Positions 28,000 through 38,664 of a stretch of 64,000 nt of DNA are shown piece after piece (within the stretch, counting starts at the first letter, position 1; every line of letters starts with the position of its first letter). The stretch covers positions 2,464,001 to 2,528,000 of the forward strand of contig CAXXLL010000002.1 in NCBI GenBank assembly GCA_963662545.2. Reading direction: 5' to 3'. The notes under the pieces were generated by a model that saw only the letters and a list, made by a program, of their open reading frames with translations, made no database searches and was not told where the DNA came from. Made by a program: the position numbers and the translations under genes. This DNA comes from Gammaproteobacteria bacterium (GTDB taxonomy: Bacteria > Pseudomonadota > Gammaproteobacteria > Ga0077536).

Positions 28000-29178
28000 A
28001 TGGCCACCCCAAGCAAGCTCGCAATAGCTGCCAACGTCGATACCAACGGCGCGATCGATGCCGACGGACATGTACTCGAGCCGCTCGATTCACTCGCGGA
28101 TTATCTCGAGGACAAATACAAAGACCGCGCGCTCAAATTGACCGTGGGCGACGATGGTCTGGAATATTTTTTGTGGGACAACAAAATTTCCCGCTTGTGT
28201 TTTGGCGGTTTTGCCGGCGTGCTGGGCGCCATGGGCGATCCGGACATCCTGCCCTCACCGGAGCGGAACTACGCGCGGGGCTGCCCGCTGGCATCCTACG
28301 ATGCCGCCGCGCGCGTCGAGCGCCTCGACGGCGAGGGCCTGTCAAAGGCGATCCTCTACCCGACGCTCGGCCTCTTGTGGGAAGCGGAAATCGAAGATCC
28401 GGCACTGGCCGCGGCGTACTGCCGATCGTACAACCGCTGGATCGTAGACCTGTGCGGCGAGGCGCCCGGCCGGCTCTATCCGATCGCCCACATTTCGCTG
28501 TCGGATGTCGACCTCGCCGTCGCGGAACTCGAACGCGCTGTCAAAGTTGGCTGCCGGGGTGCGATGGTCGCACCCTACACCTGGACGCGCAAAGCGCACG
28601 GCCATCCCTACTACGATGCGTTCTGGGCCAAGGCCCAGGAGCTCGACGTGCCGGTCGGCCTACACCCATCATTCGAGCCCACCCGTTTCTCTCACCACCA
28701 GCGTTTCGATGAACTCAAGCAAGCGGAGCCGCTCGATTTCAGTTTTTACTTCGACGTCCTGGTCGTGCATTCCATGCAGCAAGCCTTCGTATCGCTGTTC
28801 AACTACGGCGTGTTCGAGAAGTTTCCCAAGCTCAAGGTGGTGGTGCTCGAATCTCAGGCCGGCTGGATCGGTTATCTGCTCGATCGCATGGATGCCGTGT
28901 GGGACGGACCGCTCGCGGCAACCACCGAGCTAAAAGAAAAGCCGAGCTTTTACTTTCAGCGGCAGTGCTGGATTTCTGCCGATCCGGACGAACGCGCGCT
29001 GACGCACTTGATCGAATACGTCGGGGCGGACAAGTTCTTCTGGGCAAGTGATTTTCCACACCCCGATCACACCGATGACTATATCGATACGCTCAAGGGG
29101 CTGCTGGCGCCGCTCTCGGTCAAGACACAAAATAAAGTGATGAGCGAAAACGTCGCCCGCGTTTACAAGCTGAACTGA
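28000..29178 (+). CDS. Amidohydrolase_2 family protein
   Basis: IDADGHVLEP, LYPT, YNRW, GLHP, LESQAGW, WASDFPHPD. Confidence 0.9.
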   Translation: MATPSKLAIAANVDTNGAIDADGHVLEPLDSLADYLEDKYKDRALKLTVGDDGLEYFLWDNKISRLCFGGFAGVLGAMGDPDILPSPERNYARGCPLASYDAAARVERLDGEGLSKAILYPTLGLLWEAEIEDPALAAAYCRSYNRWIVDLCGEAPGRLYPIAHISLSDVDLAVAELERAVKVGCRGAMVAPYTWTRKAHGHPYYDAFWAKAQELDVPVGLHPSFEPTRFSHHQRFDELKQAEPLDFSFYFDVLVVHSMQQAFVSLFNYGVFEKFPKLKVVVLESQAGWIGYLLDRMDAVWDGPLAATTELKEKPSFYFQRQCWISADPDERALTHLIEYVGADKFFWASDFPHPDHTDDYIDTLKGLLAPLSVKTQNKVMSENVARVYKLN

Positions 29179-29240
29179 GAGGGAACCAGCGGCGCAAGCG
29201 GGGCCGTTACGGGTTTACTCGCATTAGTCACAGGAGCTCC

Positions 29241-29261
29241 GTAGGAGCCCGCTCGCGGGCG
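29241..29261 (+). repeat. GTAG-type REP-like palindrome
   Basis: GTAGGA-GCCCGC-TC-GCGGGC-G. Confidence 0.6.
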
Positions 29262-29291
29262 CATCTAGAACCCGCATCAAATATTATCTGC

Positions 29292-29323
29292 ATGTGCGGA
29301 TAACTTTGCGGTAGGTTCCTTAA
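29292..29323 (+). mobile_element. Degenerate MITE-A right end
   Basis: ATGTGCGGATAACTT......AGGTTCC|TTAA compared with GTGTGCCATAACTTATTCAGAGGTTCC of copy 4. Confidence 0.4.
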
Positions 29324-29348
29324 ATCGCATGATAAATTGCCCCAACTC

Positions 29349-30479
29349 ATGATTCGATTTAATCCCTTCATGTACTGTACCGTCGGGCGCCGCGCCGAGC
29401 TCGAGCGTGGCATGGCCGGCAAAGACCCGCTGCTGTATCAGCGCATGCTGGACGAAATTGCGGAGTACGTTGCCTACGCCGATGAAGTCGGCTACGCAGG
29501 ATGGGGTCATCCCGAACACCATCTGCAGATCGAGGGTTTCGAAGCATCCAACGACCCGACCCTGATGGGGATGTGGATCGGCATGCACAGCAAGCGGCTG
29601 CGCGTCATCACCTGCGGATTCGTGTCTACCGTGCACAACCCTTTGCGCACGGCCGAAGCGATCTCGACGATGGACAATATGCTCAAGGGTCGTTTCGGCG
29701 TGGGCCTCGTGCGGGGTTACCAAGCCCGCTGGGTCGAGAACTTCAAGGTCAAAGACGAACTCGGCCCAGTCGGTCCGTGGAACAAAAACGAGCCCATGGA
29801 CCTCGCTAATCGCGAATACTTTGCCGAGTACGTCGACCTCGTCGTCAAAGCGCTGACCGAAGATACCTTCAGCTACCAGGGCAAGTACTGGCAGCTGCCG
29901 GCCCCAGGTCTCAAGAATCCGCACGAACACACGGTCTATACGCGTTTTGGCCAGGGGGTCGACGAGGACATGAGCATCCGCGAGGTCGGCATCGCGCCGC
30001 GCCCGTTCCAGACGCCCCATCCGCCTCTGTACGGCGGCTTTTCAGCTTCGCTGCGGACCGCGCGATTCTGGGCCAAGTACGGCGGCAAGCCCATCGTGAT
30101 GTCCTCGAATCTCGAATTCCTTCAGACCTTGTGGGCCGCGTACCGCGAAGAGGCGGCACTTCACGAGCGTGAGGTCGCGCCGGGCGACGAGGCGGCCTGG
30201 GGCGGTCTGATGATCTGCGCCAAGTCGGACAATGAAGCCCAGGAACTGGCCGAGGACATGAAGTGGATGTGGGAAAACTGGGCGATACCCTTTGGTCAGC
30301 CGTTCCCCGAACTCCTGTTCGGCTCGCCCGACACCTTGTGTCGCCGCATCGAGGAAGGTGCGAAGGCGGTGCCGATCAACGAAATGTTCCTGATCATCCC
30401 GCAGGGCATTCACGATCGAGATCAGATCCTGCGTTCACTCGAACTGTTTGGAGAAAAGGTGATCCCCAAGTTCAATTGA
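29349..30479 (+). CDS. Luciferase-like (LLM) flavin-dependent oxidoreductase
   Basis: PEHH, HNPLRTAE, KGRFGVGLVRGYQ, PRPFQTPHPP, ELFGEKVIPKF. Confidence 0.9.
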   Translation: MIRFNPFMYCTVGRRAELERGMAGKDPLLYQRMLDEIAEYVAYADEVGYAGWGHPEHHLQIEGFEASNDPTLMGMWIGMHSKRLRVITCGFVSTVHNPLRTAEAISTMDNMLKGRFGVGLVRGYQARWVENFKVKDELGPVGPWNKNEPMDLANREYFAEYVDLVVKALTEDTFSYQGKYWQLPAPGLKNPHEHTVYTRFGQGVDEDMSIREVGIAPRPFQTPHPPLYGGFSASLRTARFWAKYGGKPIVMSSNLEFLQTLWAAYREEAALHEREVAPGDEAAWGGLMICAKSDNEAQELAEDMKWMWENWAIPFGQPFPELLFGSPDTLCRRIEEGAKAVPINEMFLIIPQGIHDRDQILRSLELFGEKVIPKFN

Positions 30480-30570
30480 AGCCGCTGACGTCCGGGCACC
30501 GCTTAGAGGATGAGCGATATTACGCTCGACGATTCGAAAGCGATTCTTTACCGTCTGTAGCACGAAGACA

Positions 30571-30585
30571 TTTTCCACCATCCTG
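30571..30585. mobile_element. Isolated IS-like end (family C)
   Basis: TTTTCCACCATCCTG|TTAG resembles TTTTTCAACATCCTG|ATAG at 159-177. Confidence 0.35.
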
Positions 30586-30686
30586 TTAGACTCCCCTGCA
30601 GTTTAGCGCCACGAGCAGTTCGTCGGCCGTCACCAGGCGCGCCACGTGGCGGCGCATGTGTCCTGGCCCGGTGTAGGAGCGTATTC

Positions 30687-32546
30687 ATGGACGCATCTTG
30701 GGATCGACTCATTCGGGGCGCCATGGTGTTTGACGGTAGCGGCCGGCAACCCGAAATCGAAGACGTCGCGATAGCGAATGGGCGCATCGCCGCTCGCGGC
30801 CCGGATCTCGACCCATCGAGAGCGCGAGAAGTTGAAAACGCCGTGGGTAAATGGCTCATGCCGGGCCTACTCGACATCCACACCCATATGGATCTCGAAG
30901 TCGAACTCGATGCGGGCCTGTCCGAAGTTGTACGCCACGGAACGACCACCGTCGTGGTCGGTAACTGCAGCATCGGTACGGCGTTCAGGGCGCAACGGCA
31001 TAATGGTGAAGATCCTATTCTCGACTGTTTCGCGCGGGTCGAAAACGTTTCGAAAGGCGTACTCAGGCGCGTCGTCGAAGCGATGGACTGGCAGGGTACG
31101 GCCGACTACCTGAAGCACCTCGACGGACTCGCGCTCGGCCCGAATATCGCACCCCTGGTGCCGCATTCAATGCTTCGCATCGAGGTGATGGGAACACAGG
31201 CGGCCATCGAGCGTGACCCGACGGAAGACGAACTCGCGCGCATGGAAAGCTTGCTTGATGCGGCAATGGAACAAGGTTATATCGGATTTTCGACCGACAA
31301 TATTCCGTTTCATTACCTGGCGAACGAACCTAACACACACTCCAAAATTCCGTCACATTTCGCCTCCCGCACGGAACAGCGCCGCTTGCTCGACATCGTA
31401 CGAACATACGACCGCGTGTGGCAGGTCACACCGGACGCGCTCAGCCGCCTCGGTACGCTCAAGCGCTTCTTCTATACGAGCGGACGCCTATTCGGCAAAC
31501 CTCTCAGAACCACAGCGCTCACCGCGATTGACCTGACCCACGACCGCGGGGTCTGGAAGGTTTTTCTCCAACTCGCGCGCTTGCTGAACTCCTGGCTGCT
31601 GCAAGGCCATTTCCATTTCCAGGTGTTGTCGACCCCGTTCTTGCTGTGGTCGGAAGGCGCGGTGTCACCGATCTTCGAGGAGTTTGAAACGATGCGCCCC
31701 CTGCTCGCAGTCGACGTAGACGACCGCGAAGGGCGCCGCCGCATTCTCGACAATGAGGATTACACCCGGCGCTTCGAGAAAGACTGGTACGACAAGTGCA
31801 TTGTCTCGACCTTTCAGCGAAACATGGATGTGATGTTTATCGATGAATGTCCCGTGCCCGAATGGTGCGGAGGTAACGGCGGCGACGTTTTTCGCCGCCT
31901 CCGCGATTATCATAGCGGCAACGCAAACGCCGCGCGCAGCGATACCGAGCGCGAAGCCTTCGATGCCGCGCCTAACCCGGTTTCTGAACCGGGTTTCTTC
32001 CTCCACCTCATGCGCCATTACGACCGCGATCTTCGCTGGCACATGATCCTCGGCAACGATCGCCCCGAGGTTCTGGAAAAACTACTGTTCGACAAAAACA
32101 CACTACCCGGTTTCAACGACAGCGGTGCACATTTGATCAACCTCGCGTTTTTCGACGGCAACTTGTTAACCCTGAAGATGGCGCAGAAACGCTCGCTCGA
32201 ACGTGTCGCGTACGCAGTGAAACGCCTGACGCGAGATCCCGCGGAATTCTGCGGCCTGGATGTCGGCCGCCTGGACCTCGGCGCCCAAGCTGATATCACC
32301 GTGATCAATCCGGACGCACTCTCGCACTACGATACCGATGCCAACCGGCAGATGGTATATCGCGATATCCTGGGTGATTCGCAACTCGTCAACCGATCGG
32401 ACGGCGTCGTCGATACCGTCTACGTCGCCGGCACTAAGGTCTGGGACCGGGATACAGTGACGCCGGAACTCGGCCGGCGAAAGCTCGGCCGCGCCCTGAC
32501 ATATGCGGATCGCGCGACAACGGCAGAACGGGTGCTCCCGAACTGA
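30687..32546 (+). CDS. N-acyl-D-amino-acid deacylase family amidohydrolase
   Basis: PGLLDIHTHMD, HGTTTVVVGNCS, DSGAH, ADITVINP. Confidence 0.88.
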   Translation: MDASWDRLIRGAMVFDGSGRQPEIEDVAIANGRIAARGPDLDPSRAREVENAVGKWLMPGLLDIHTHMDLEVELDAGLSEVVRHGTTTVVVGNCSIGTAFRAQRHNGEDPILDCFARVENVSKGVLRRVVEAMDWQGTADYLKHLDGLALGPNIAPLVPHSMLRIEVMGTQAAIERDPTEDELARMESLLDAAMEQGYIGFSTDNIPFHYLANEPNTHSKIPSHFASRTEQRRLLDIVRTYDRVWQVTPDALSRLGTLKRFFYTSGRLFGKPLRTTALTAIDLTHDRGVWKVFLQLARLLNSWLLQGHFHFQVLSTPFLLWSEGAVSPIFEEFETMRPLLAVDVDDREGRRRILDNEDYTRRFEKDWYDKCIVSTFQRNMDVMFIDECPVPEWCGGNGGDVFRRLRDYHSGNANAARSDTEREAFDAAPNPVSEPGFFLHLMRHYDRDLRWHMILGNDRPEVLEKLLFDKNTLPGFNDSGAHLINLAFFDGNLLTLKMAQKRSLERVAYAVKRLTRDPAEFCGLDVGRLDLGAQADITVINPDALSHYDTDANRQMVYRDILGDSQLVNRSDGVVDTVYVAGTKVWDRDTVTPELGRRKLGRALTYADRATTAERVLPN

Positions 32547-32828
32547 AGATCGCGGAAAACACGCTATTGACAGGCGGCGAAGATGCCCATTTCGCCGTCG
32601 ACAATCGAATCCGATGGCTGTCTGTCTGACCTGCGATCCCTCTCGCAACTGTTAAGAAATGTGCCGAATGTTGAGTGCCTCTGTCAATACCTACCGATCG
32701 CGCGAGAAAATTGGACTGCGCCATGCCGGAGACGGTCCTGGCGGAGGATGAAAGGCCAGCACGTGACAGCCATCCGGCGGGGAACCGCCAGCATAAGGTG
32801 GACCGATGAACGGAATTTAGTTGACCAT

Positions 32829-33894
32829 CATGAGTGACAACAAACGGCAGGACACCGACTCGCCCGCATCGCGGAGCGATCGACGCTTGCGCCACGAAGT
32901 GACCATCCCCGCTTCCATCATCGGTCGGCAGTCAGCGCCGATCGATTGCGAGATCCGGGATCTCAGCAGTACAGGTATGTGCCTGGCCATAGCCTTGCAG
33001 ATCCCCGACAAAGAGGGGGACGCGCTGGCGGCGGGACGCGAGGCCTCGCTCGTCTTCGCACCGAATCCGGAACATTCACCGGCGGATACCGTTACCCTGC
33101 CCGTAGAGGTCATGTGGCGGCATCCCCAGGGTGTCGGGATTCGGTTTCTCGATATCAATGAGCGGTCGCGTGCGGCGCTCAGCACGATCGCCCGACTAGC
33201 CGTAGACTCACGCTTGGGTGAAATTGCCAAGTTCGGTGCGTTTTCCCCGATAGAGCAGCGTAAGATTATCGGCGCCTGCCGCAAGTCTCCCGACAAACTG
33301 CTGCCCAATATCATCTGGGCAATGCGTACGGACGTTTCGCGGCGCCTGCGCGTGTTTGCCGAAGAGGCGGCGCCGGACGAAGCGGCTAAAGCCCGTACCG
33401 AAGCCGACCTCATTGACGAACATGCCAGCGCGATCGGTCGGACCATCGAGATTCGATTCTTCCGCAGTTTCGCCCAGGCGGCGGACCTTGATCAGACCCA
33501 AGAACTCAAGTTCTCAGATATTACGCCCGAGGCCGGTCCGGACACGGACGGTCAACTCGAAGTCATCGATAATCAGGCGGTCGAGCAGGCAGCAATAGTC
33601 ACCGCGCTGGCCCACGTGGCCGAGGAACACTACAAGTCCACCCTGTTCGAGCTCAATGTTCGCCTCAAAGACGTCGTCGGCCACCGGATGGACAACGAAT
33701 CCAACCCGCTATACCCGACGGCCATCTGCCGTACTTTGTGGGAAGCCACGATTGAATTCTGCGATTCGCCGCGGGTTCGACGTCACCTGCGGGCCGCGAT
33801 TACGGCCCGCGCTGTACCGCTGCTCGGCGAACTCTACGAAACATTACACAAAACGCTCGACGAGCAAGGCGTCCCGCACGCCTTCGATCAATAA
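32829..33894 (+). CDS. PilZ domain + helical DUF1631-like region
   Basis: RRLR (RxxxR) and DLSSTG (D/NxSxxG); later LFELNVRL...NPLYP..IC. Confidence 0.75.
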
Positions 33895-33913
33895 AAAAGC
33901 GGTTCGCGCTTTT
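33895..33913. terminator. Bidirectional terminator-like hairpin
   Basis: AAAAGCG-GTTCG-CGCTTTT between convergent genes. Confidence 0.5.
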
Positions 33914-33930
33914 CCATCTCGCGCGATCCG

Positions 33931-34530
33931 TCAGCGGATCCGGGAGCACATCAGATCGATCCGATCGTTACCGAAATACATGTCGTCACCGTCGAGAAAC
34001 AAGGTCGGCGTGCCATAGCCACCGCGCTCGATCAACTCATCTGTGTTGGCCTTGAGCTTGTCCTTGTACGGCTGGCTCGAAATCCGATCGAAAAAGTCGT
34101 CGCGATCGAGCCCTACGGCTTTCACGATGGTAGCCAATTCCTCGAGCTGCGAAATATCGGCCAGGTCGGTCCAGTAGCGCTTGAACACCGCCCTGGCGTA
34201 CGGCACGAGTACGCCCTGCTCGATCGCGACGAACGCGCCGCGCATGGCCTTGACGCTGTTTACGGGAAAAACCGGCGGCATACCGATCTCGAGCCCGACG
34301 AATCGCGCCCAATCTTGCAAGTCCTTCTTGAAATAGGCGTCCTTTGCCGGTACGGGTTTCTCACGGAACTGATACACGCTTGGATTGACGGTATTGAATA
34401 TGCCGCCGACGAGGATTGGCTTCCACTCGACCTCGACGTCGAGCCCGTCTAGCTGCCGCTGACTGTATTCGAACGCCAGGTAGGTCCAGGGACTGGAACA
34501 ATCGAAATAGAATTCGAGACGGTGTGACAT
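33931..34530 (-). CDS. 2-hydroxychromene-2-carboxylate isomerase / kappa-GST (DsbA family)
   Basis: EFYFDCSSPWTYLA, PILVGGIF, FPVNS, GGYGTPT, FGNDR. Confidence 0.9.
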   Translation of the reverse strand: MSHRLEFYFDCSSPWTYLAFEYSQRQLDGLDVEVEWKPILVGGIFNTVNPSVYQFREKPVPAKDAYFKKDLQDWARFVGLEIGMPPVFPVNSVKAMRGAFVAIEQGVLVPYARAVFKRYWTDLADISQLEELATIVKAVGLDRDDFFDRISSQPYKDKLKANTDELIERGGYGTPTLFLDGDDMYFGNDRIDLMCSRIR

Positions 34531-34584
34531 AGATTTTCTCATTGTCGGTTAAGCGCCGCGGCGCTCGTGATCAATACCGGCCTT

Positions 34585-35604
34585 TCAGTCGTTCCGCGCC
34601 CCACCCCATCGATCGATGTCGATGACGATACGCCCAACGACTTTGCGGCTCGCGATCTCGTCGAAAGCCTGGACCACCTTTGTGAACGGCACGCGGCTGT
34701 GAATGCGCGGTTTGAGAGTACCCGCAGCGGCCATTTCGACCAACGCCTGTTCGACCTCGCGCCCTCCCTGCGGGTTGATCCGTCCGTATGCGCCGGCGCG
34801 TACACCGATGATCGCATATTGTTTGATCAAGGCGTAGTTGACCGGCACGACCGGGATCCGTCCACTGGCGAATCCTATTACGAGCATCCGGCCGAAAGGT
34901 GCGATGCAACGCAAGGACTCATCGAAGATATCACCGCCGATGGGATCGTAAATGACATCCGCGCCACGCCCCGCAGTCAACGCCTTGACCGCCTTACGAA
35001 AGGAGCCAGCCGCATAATCGATCACGTGATCAGCGCCCTTGGAGCGCACGGCGTCGAGTTTATGCGAACCGGTAGCCATGCCGATCACTCGGGCACCCAG
35101 GGCTTTTGCTAGTTCGACCGCGGCCAGGCCGACGCCGCCCGCGGCACCGTGTATCAAAACGGTTTCGCCCGGTTTCAAATTTCCGCGCACGGCGAGTGCG
35201 ACATAGGCCGTTTTGTATGCGATGAGGTAGGTCGCACCCGTCGCAAAATCGAAGGTCTCGGGCAGCGGCAAGCAGTTGTCCGCCGCAGTCGAAACATACT
35301 CGGCAAAGGCGCCGAAGCGGACGGTCGCCATCACCTTGTCGCCCACCGCGCGCTGCACGCCCGGCCCCACGGCGGCAATTTCTCCCGCGAACTCCATGCC
35401 AGGTATAAACGGCAGGGGCGGCTTGAATTGATAGTGCCCTTGCACCATGAGCATGTCGGGAAAACCGATCGCTGCGGCGTGGTTTCGTACCCAAACTTCG
35501 CCGGCCGCAGGTTCCTGGCGCGGCAGATCTTCGATCACGAGATCGTGATAGTCTCCGAGGTTATGGCATCGGTAGGCTTTAAAAGTGGCGGCGCTGGTGT
35601 TCAC
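34585..35604 (-). CDS. NADPH:quinone oxidoreductase family (MDR)
   Basis: YQFKPPLPFIPGMEFAG, HGAAGGVGLAA, YDPIGG, IGFASG. Confidence 0.92.
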   Translation of the reverse strand: MNTSAATFKAYRCHNLGDYHDLVIEDLPRQEPAAGEVWVRNHAAAIGFPDMLMVQGHYQFKPPLPFIPGMEFAGEIAAVGPGVQRAVGDKVMATVRFGAFAEYVSTAADNCLPLPETFDFATGATYLIAYKTAYVALAVRGNLKPGETVLIHGAAGGVGLAAVELAKALGARVIGMATGSHKLDAVRSKGADHVIDYAAGSFRKAVKALTAGRGADVIYDPIGGDIFDESLRCIAPFGRMLVIGFASGRIPVVPVNYALIKQYAIIGVRAGAYGRINPQGGREVEQALVEMAAAGTLKPRIHSRVPFTKVVQAFDEIASRKVVGRIVIDIDRWGGARND

Positions 35605-35651
35605 TACGAGATCCGTCGAGCCGGGCGCTTGGCATCATAAACGGAACGAAG

Positions 35652-36140
35652 ATGATGACGTTATCCGCTCCCGCCGAAACATCCGCTGTACTGCTCAAAG
35701 ATCGTGGTGAAACCGTGGGCATTGCGGAATCCTCGACTGGCGGCCTCATCTCGGCGAGCCTGCTCGCCGTACCCGGCGCATCGGCTTATTTTCTCGGCGC
35801 TACCATCATCTACACGATCCGCGCTCGACGAAAACTTCTAGGTCTGGAAAAGTCCGTGCTCGAACGCCAGGAGCCCCTGAGCGAGGAATACGTCAGCCTG
35901 TGCGCCCGCACCGTCCGCGACCAGCTTCGAGCCACCTGGGGACTCGCGGAACTCGGGGCGACCGGCCCCGCAGGTACGCCTTACGGCCACCCACCCGGCA
36001 TCTGTGTCCTGGCCGTCGCGGGTCCGGTCTCGCTCACGCGGCGCATCGAAACGGGCAGCGCAGACCGTGAAGCGAATATGAACGTCTTTATGCGCAGCGC
36101 ATTGGAGCTTTTTCAACAGGCGATCGAGCAGGCTAGCTGA
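35652..36140 (+). CDS. CinA/PncC-family protein
   Basis: AESSTGGLISA, PGASAYF, GATGP. Confidence 0.85.
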   Translation: MMTLSAPAETSAVLLKDRGETVGIAESSTGGLISASLLAVPGASAYFLGATIIYTIRARRKLLGLEKSVLERQEPLSEEYVSLCARTVRDQLRATWGLAELGATGPAGTPYGHPPGICVLAVAGPVSLTRRIETGSADREANMNVFMRSALELFQQAIEQAS

Positions 36141-36207
36141 GCGACGGCACCAGAGCTACCGTACGCGAAGGAAAGCCTGGCTTACCAGCACCCCCGTAAA
36201 GGCATTG

Positions 36208-36852
36208 ATGGAACACGAATTTTGGCACCGGAAATGGGAGACCGATCAAATCGGCTTCCACGAAACTGCAACACACTCAATGCTGTTATGCTATTGGGAC
36301 GGATTGTGCCTGGGCGCGGGATCGCGCGTCTTCGTCCCCTTGTGCGGAAAATCGAACGACATGCTGTGGCTGCGCGCCCGAGGACATGAGGTCGTCGGCG
36401 TCGAATTGAGCGACATCGCGGCGGCTGCTTTTTTCGAAGAGAACGGAATCGAAGCCGACCGCAGCGAGCACGGTTCGTTCATCGCATACCGCGCACCGGG
36501 TTATGAACTCTTGTGCGGCGATTATTTCGATCTCACCCGCGAGTTGCTAGACGGTGTCGACGTCGTTTACGACCGCGCCGCGCTGATCGCCCTGTCGCCC
36601 GAGCAACGTGGTCAATACGTCGCGCACCTTACCAGGCTTCTCGATCCAGGCACTCCGATCCTGCTGGTAACCGTACGCTACGAACCGGAACTCATCAGTC
36701 CGCCGCCATTCCTCGTCGCAGACGATGAAGTCGAGACACTCTACGCGCCGTCCTGCTCGATCGCGCGATTAGGCACTGCGCCCGCGCTGCTCAAGGGCAA
36801 ACCCTGTGAGGAGGCGGCATACTGCATGATCCGCGAGGTCGGCCGTGGATAA
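36208..36852 (+). CDS. tpm: Thiopurine S-methyltransferase
   Basis: FWHRKW...QIGFH, RVFVPLCGKS.DM, GVELS, YDRAALIAL, PPF. Confidence 0.92.
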   Translation: MEHEFWHRKWETDQIGFHETATHSMLLCYWDGLCLGAGSRVFVPLCGKSNDMLWLRARGHEVVGVELSDIAAAAFFEENGIEADRSEHGSFIAYRAPGYELLCGDYFDLTRELLDGVDVVYDRAALIALSPEQRGQYVAHLTRLLDPGTPILLVTVRYEPELISPPPFLVADDEVETLYAPSCSIARLGTAPALLKGKPCEEAAYCMIREVGRG

Positions 36853-37333
36853 GACCGACACGAAGATGCAGACCGCAGTCGAACGCAGCGGGTTTGATCC
36901 CCACACCGTTTTTATGAAAATCTTAAGCGGCGATCTGCCGGCCACGTTCGTCTATCGCGACGAGCTCGTATCCGCGTTTATGGATATTCAGCCCGTCAAC
37001 ACCGGGCACGTCCTGATCGTGCCGAACATCGCGATCGCAACACTCGCCGAGCTCGATGCCGAAACGGGCGCCCGGCTCTTTCACGTCGGACAGCGTATCG
37101 GTGCGGCGGTCCGGCGCACCGACATCGCCTGCGAAGGCGTGAACCTCTTTCTCGCCGACGGTGTCGCCGCCGGCCAGACCGTTTACCACGTTCACCTCCA
37201 CGTATTACCGCGTTTCGAAAACGACGGCTTCCGGTTTCAGTTTCCGCAAGGCTACTACGATCCGCCTTCGCACGAGGCTATCGAGCACGCCGCCGAGAAG
37301 ATCCGGTCGGCGCTGGCAAACGAAGGAATCTAG
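36845..37333 (+). CDS. HIT family protein
   Basis: FMDIQP, GHVLIVP, AGQTVYHVHLHVLPR. Confidence 0.93.
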   Translation: MDKTDTKMQTAVERSGFDPHTVFMKILSGDLPATFVYRDELVSAFMDIQPVNTGHVLIVPNIAIATLAELDAETGARLFHVGQRIGAAVRRTDIACEGVNLFLADGVAAGQTVYHVHLHVLPRFENDGFRFQFPQGYYDPPSHEAIEHAAEKIRSALANEGI

Positions 37334-38562
37334 CCCGCAGGAACCACGACACCGGGTCCGATGGGCGCCAGGCGTGCGCGCGACAACAGGAACAAAACGA
37401 TCGAAATATTGGCTAGGTTCCAGCCGATCCCGTTGAGAAAAGCCGCACTGTAGGAGCCGGTCCAATCGAATATCACGCCGGAAACCCAGCCGCCGAACGC
37501 CATGCCTAGGACCGAAGCCAGGATGACGACGCCGAGGCGGCTGCCTGCTTCGACCGGCGGAAAATACTCCCGGATGATCAGCGCATAGCAGGGCACGATA
37601 CCGCCCTGGAACAAGCCAAATACCGCTGACACGATATACAGTGACACCAGCGAGTCCGCTGGCAGAAACATCACCAGCGCCACGCATTGGAGTGTCGAAC
37701 CGAGCAGGATCGTCCGCAATCCACCCAGGTGGTCTGAAATCCATCCAAATCCGAGGCGGCTGACGATGCCGCAGCCCAGCATGAGCGACAGCATCTCCGC
37801 CCCGCGCGCGACGCCATAGCCGCGATCCCCGCAGATCGAAACCAAATGGACCTGAGGCATTGCCATGGCGGTGCAGCAACCGAAACCGGCGAGACTGAGC
37901 AGGGTCAAGAGCGCGGTCGGCGACAGGCCCAGCGACTGCGGCGATCCGGCCGAGCCGCCGCCTTCAACGAAGTGCGTGTCGCCAACGGGTTGACGCCGCA
38001 GCGACACCAGCAGCGGCAGCATCGCACCCATGCTCGCGATGCCGATGAAGGAGTAGGTTTCGCGCCATCCCGCGTCCGCGATCATGGCGTAGACGATAGG
38101 CGGCCACACCGCGCCGGCAAGATAACCTCCGCAGGCGCAGATCGCGACGGCAAGTCCGCGTCTGCGGGTAAACCATTTGGAAATATCGGCGATCAACGGT
38201 CCGAACACGGCCCCGCAGCCGAAACAGCCGATCAAGGCATGCATCGCGGCGAACATCCAGTAAGCATCTGCGCGCGCGGCCAGCAGATACGATGCCCCGA
38301 GCGCGACGATGCTGACGGCCAGGGGCCGCACGATGCCGTAGCGATCGACGATGCGGCCGATGATGATGCCACCCACGCCGAAGCCGAACATCACCATCGT
38401 GAACGGCATCGAGGCGTCGCCGCGACTGACCCCGAAGTCGGCCTGAAACGCGGGCATCGCCACCACGCCGATATACATGCCGAGTCCACCGACCATGGAC
38501 AATCCCAAGGCCGCCGCCAGTCGCAGCCAAGCATAGCGCGACTCGATATTTGCAGTTTTCAT
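37330..38562 (-). CDS. MFS transporter (OFA/MCT-like)
   Basis: ~12 TM segments; GRIVDRYG, WFTRRRGLA, GWISDHLG. Confidence 0.92.
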   Translation of the reverse strand: MKTANIESRYAWLRLAAALGLSMVGGLGMYIGVVAMPAFQADFGVSRGDASMPFTMVMFGFGVGGIIIGRIVDRYGIVRPLAVSIVALGASYLLAARADAYWMFAAMHALIGCFGCGAVFGPLIADISKWFTRRRGLAVAICACGGYLAGAVWPPIVYAMIADAGWRETYSFIGIASMGAMLPLLVSLRRQPVGDTHFVEGGGSAGSPQSLGLSPTALLTLLSLAGFGCCTAMAMPQVHLVSICGDRGYGVARGAEMLSLMLGCGIVSRLGFGWISDHLGGLRTILLGSTLQCVALVMFLPADSLVSLYIVSAVFGLFQGGIVPCYALIIREYFPPVEAGSRLGVVILASVLGMAFGGWVSGVIFDWTGSYSAAFLNGIGWNLANISIVLFLLSRARLAPIGPGVVVPAG

Positions 38563-38664
38563 GGTGGCGGTTCGATCTTCCGGCGACGATGGCGGGCTTT
38601 CAAGGACCGTTTACCTATTTCCTGGTAGCACGCATTTTAATTTATGCCTTGTCGAAATAAGTAA

